DNA from: the human T2T-CHM13v2.0 reference genome, Homo sapiens
Strand: one strand, 5' to 3'
Assembly (NCBI RefSeq): GCF_009914755.1
Contig: NC_060927.1
Length of the DNA stretch: 64,000 bases
Shown here piece after piece: positions 59,850 to 64,000 of this stretch. A model generated the notes under the pieces. It saw nothing but the letters and a program-made list of their open reading frames with translations. It did no database searches and was not told where the DNA came from. A program made the position numbers and the translations under genes. The stretch's first letter is position 1. Every line of letters starts with the position of its first letter.

Positions 59850-60312
59850 TTTTTTCCTTTTTTTTCAGTTGTATTGGGGTATAATTGACTAATGGAAATT
59901 ATAGATTTAAAATGCACAACTTGATGTTTGATATATGTATATATGTATTCTCGGTGAAATGATCAATATAATCAAGCTAATTAACAATTCCATCACCTCA
60001 TTTAGTTACTTATGTGTGTGATGGGGAGGGGTGTGTGTGTGTGTAGAGGTGTGCGAACACTTACAATGTACTCTCCTAGCAACTTTCAAGTGCATAACAC
60101 TGTATTGTTAACTTTAGTCACCATGCTGTGCATTTTATCTCCAAAACTTATTCATCTGGATAACTGAAACTTTGTACCCTTTGACCAACATCTTCCCATT
60201 ATCCACCCCTCACCCCAAACTCTGGCAACCACCATTCCTCTCTGTGCTTCTGTGAATTTGTCTATTTTAGATTCTACACAATGTCACTGCGCAAGTGATA
60301 TCGTGCAGTATT
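59850..60312 (-). mobile_element. L1MA8/9-like 3' end
   Basis: ATCAAGCTAATTAACA; GTCACCATGCTGT; TAACTGAAACTTTGTACCCTTTGACCAACATCT; CTGGCAACCACCATTC. Confidence 0.9.
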
Positions 60313-62072
60313 AGTGTAGAATTTCTTATTCAGACCTTTCAAGTAATTTTCCAACATGCTCCAAGAATACTAGTTTCTAACTTCAGAGCCTTATTTGTAG
60401 ACTCAAAATTTTATGTTCTTTTTTATTTTTTTTTTTTAAAGATAGTCTTTCAGGTCTGAGTCGTCTTCATTTAATTTCTATGGAAGCTTTGGCTTTCTTT
60501 CCTTTTATAAACTCAGCAAAAGAGTGGCTTTATCGATGGTGGGAATGGTGCTTCAGTTCTATGTCTCTCTCTACTACCTGAGTAATAATTGTTATAATGT
60601 TCTCCCTTGCTTTGTCCATCACTTTGTAATAACTGCGGTGTTAGGATGGTTATTTTAAATTCACACTACAGAGGCAGAATACCTTTTTATTTAGAATACC
60701 AGCTGAAAGTCTCTTCCCTCATTGGGGAGTGTCTTGACTTAAATATCATTCCTCGTGGCAGCAACTCAGGGTGTTGTTTTTCAGTCATTTCACATCTGTG
60801 GTGTTGTGAGACACCGGTCTCTGCTCTTTGCTGAGGAGTAGGGCCTGTTGGCCAAAAATGAGACGAGGAAACCAAAAGCACAGCCAAGTTCAGATGAATA
60901 AACAGTCACAGCGCCAACTAGCTCTGAGAAACATTACCTAATGATAAAAACAAGCTGTGAACAAGCCAAGATGCAGTCCTAACACAGCAAGCCATCAGCT
61001 GCATCTGGGATTTTAGTTATAATAGTGTGTGTTCTTAATAGCTATGGTTAATAGGGACATGGAGAGAATGAATGCAATGCATGTGATGGGGAGGGTAAAA
61101 GAATGCCAATCTGATTTGTCCTATTTCTGTGAGTCCTGACTGACGCACTGAGATGGGTTTGAGTAAGCTGTTAGGGGCATCAGAGAACTCGGCCTTAAGG
61201 ACCTGGGAAAAACAGAAACTAGCAAAGCATGCTGATAGGTTAAGTAATAAAAGTTCTTAAAATATAAGTACTTTTCCGATGTTCTTCTAGTAGTGGCTCT
61301 TCAGTTGTGAGAATCAGAAAGACGTAACTCCAGAAAAAAAATAAGATGACTACTATAAAAAAATGAATGCAATTCATAGAATCCAAAGCGATGCAAAAAA
61401 GTACAGCTGGATTTCTTGGTATGTTAATTTGGAAACCATGAAGCTGGGCTATATTTTTCATCCCTCAGGGTCACATGTTACTTCTCTGCCTTCCAAATTG
61501 CACATAAAAGGTAAAACAAATAACTCTGGGTCTTCTGTCTCTTCCTCCACTGCTTTGCAAAGCCATGCACTCCATCCTATATTTATTAACTGACATAACA
61601 TATATGAGTTTATTAGGAAAAATGGAGTTCTATTGATTTAAAACTTCTAAAAATGCAAACTAGTTGCACATAAGAATCATCTGAATGAGAAAACAGAATT
61701 TCCTAGGGTATAGGAAAACTTTATTTTAAAATTCACTATAAATCATCATTTAGAAACCATTATAGTAGCTTGTGGGTAATATTTTTTTCTGAATATTTTC
61801 AGAGAAATTGTTTAATAAATTTTCATTTTTATACTAAGAGCATAGAAATGCTTCTCTCAGTAGAGATTAAGGGACTGTTAGTTTATGACATTGGTATATT
61901 GGGTGATGGTAACAAGGAAGAGAAATAAATGGATGCAAGAGACCTGAATCCTTCATGACACTCTTTCGCAGGGGGAGAGTTTCTCATGGATGCAAGCCTA
62001 TTGGAATCATGTAGTAGAGCAAGCTTTTATACTTTGTGGTGTAAAAGACTATCACTGCTAGGGTCCTATTAA

Positions 62073-62202
62073 CCCATTTATGCCTGAGGTTGCAATTTTT
62101 TGAATGTTTGCAATCAGGCCTTGGCGATGACCTTGAGCACTAGGATATAAATAATTCCCATATGCTCAGCGTTCCAATAATGGAACACTAGGAATAAATT
62201 GC
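62073..62202 (-). mobile_element. MER85 (piggyBac/PGBD3-derived MITE); strand given relative to PGBD3
   Basis: TTAA|CCCATTTATGCCTGAGGTTGCAATTTTTTGAAT...CCTTGGCGATGACCTTGAGCA..GGATATAAATAA...GCGTTCCAATAATGGAACACTAGGAATAAATTGC|TAA. Confidence 0.93.
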
Positions 62203-62251
62203 TAACGAAGGTCTATAATTTAACTGGTTTGTGGTGGTATCTTGTTAATGG

Positions 62252-62313
62252 TATATATATAAACATACATATATATATGTGTGTGTGTGGAGATATGTAT
62301 ATTATATATATAA
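62252..62313. repeat. Compound (TA)n/(TG)n microsatellite adjoining an Alu tail
   Basis: Read directly from sequence. Confidence 0.85.
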
Positions 62314-62595
<282 letters not shown>

Positions 62596-63261
62596 AATAT
62601 TTTTAAAGCTACTCTGTAGTTGAGAATCATTGTATTGGAGTTCAAACATATAAAGTTCCTCTAGTATTTTGCAAACTTCAATTTGACTTCATTTTTTGTC
62701 ATCCACAAAGCACCTGTTCAGTGAATTACACTCATTTTATTTTTGAAGCTGATTATTCATATACAACTTTTTTATCTTTACCATATTTGGAAGTTCTACA
62801 ATGAAATAAGTAATAACATGACAAAAGTGTAATCAATATTTTAATATATATTTTAGGAAGCCCAATATATTTTATTTCTTAACTGACCCCAACAACTGCA
62901 CCATTCTTACTTCCCACTTCTTCTAAAAAAAGAGGGGAATATAATTTACATTAATATAGCAAATTGAATTTTTGACCATTTCTTTCATTTTGTCTTAATT
63001 GTCTATCATTGCAAAAGATTTGGCTGGCAGCTGGAATCTGTTGATTAATGTGCAACACCGCTAGCATTATTACCCACATTTCAATATTGCGTGGCTTTTT
63101 AAATAAGAGTAATAGTTGTAAAAGTTTTACCTCTTAATAATGATTGAATGCAGATAACTCCAGACTGTCCAGAATTTCTCAGAGTTCACGAGATGAGGTG
63201 AAATGAATCTACCGTTATTATTAACAGCACCTAGAATCGCCATCTACAATTATGAATCAGT

Positions 63262-63470
63262 AATGCGGAATGGTTAAGAAAATAAACTCTTATGTTGGAT
63301 GTATGTGGCCAACTTCTAGCTCTATCATTTAAATTCTCTTGTCCCTAAACGTTTTTATTATCTCAGTATCTCACATTTTTCTCCTATAAAATTAGGGTAA
63401 TGGCAATCATCTCATTCAAAAGATAAATAGTATACAGACATAGTGAGTGCTCAATGAGTTAGTTATTATT
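63262..63470 (+). mobile_element. MIR
   Basis: GGAATGGTTAAGA; CTCA..TTTTCTC.CTATAAAAT.GGG.TAAT; CATAGTGAGTGCTCAAT. Confidence 0.7.
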
Positions 63471-64000
63471 TGATGAATAGTATTGATGTGGATTTCTTTC
63501 ATATTCAGGTTAGACCTACGTGAAATACTCTAACACCTTAATTGAAATACTATCTTCAATGAATCCTTTTTTCTCTTTTTCACGTCAAGGAATGTAATTC
63601 ATCAACATATATTTCCACATATATAGCATTTCTATATATGTGCTTTGCAATTTATTAAGCATCTTCAGTGTGTTAAGAGTTGGTAACTTCATCAGAGACT
63701 CTGCACCTATTTAACCAAAATCATATACAAAGACCTCAAATAATGTTTGTAGCTTTAATTTTCCTATTTGAAATGCCCCCACTGCAATATATTGAAATTA
63801 TGTAAATAAATGGAGCTCAAGAACCCGCTGGCACCTGGAAAGGTTTATATCAATGTGTTCAGAATGGTTATGTTGTGGAGAATGTTATGGGTATTTTAAG
63901 TTTTCTTCTTTTGTCTTATGTTTATCTTCTGAATATTCTTAAATAAATTATTTTTAATTAGTAACGTATTACCTTCACTTGACATTGTAATTTTTTTTAT

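Overview
Primate, very probably human, genomic DNA: AT-rich, CpG-depleted, no CpG island, and dominated by interspersed repeats (Alu, L1 of many ages, L2, MIR, ERV1/ERVL/MaLR LTRs, Tigger, Charlie and piggyBac DNA elements). I cannot support any protein-coding gene, RNA gene, processed pseudogene or NUMT. Most ORFs in the track are read-throughs of Alu, L1, LTR or Tigger relics, and the rest show no recognisable homology, so this looks like intergenic or deep-intronic sequence. I did not find a credible previously undescribed biological system. The best-supported points of interest are: (1) an L1HS-type insertion with a twin-priming 5' inversion at the left edge; (2) a three-level nest, Tigger2 > MER50/LTR27-like LTR > MER4A1, with TSDs, joined to a truncated Tigger1; (3) a MER85 piggyBac MITE with its CSB-PGBD3 palindrome intact; (4) a ~60-bp copy of an L1/MLT1 junction inserted 1.1 kb upstream of its source; (5) an MLT2A LTR truncated at an L1 insertion; (6) a closely spaced inverted Alu pair. 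Repeat family calls come from recalled consensus sequences, not a database search, so subfamily labels and the boundaries of old elements are approximate.
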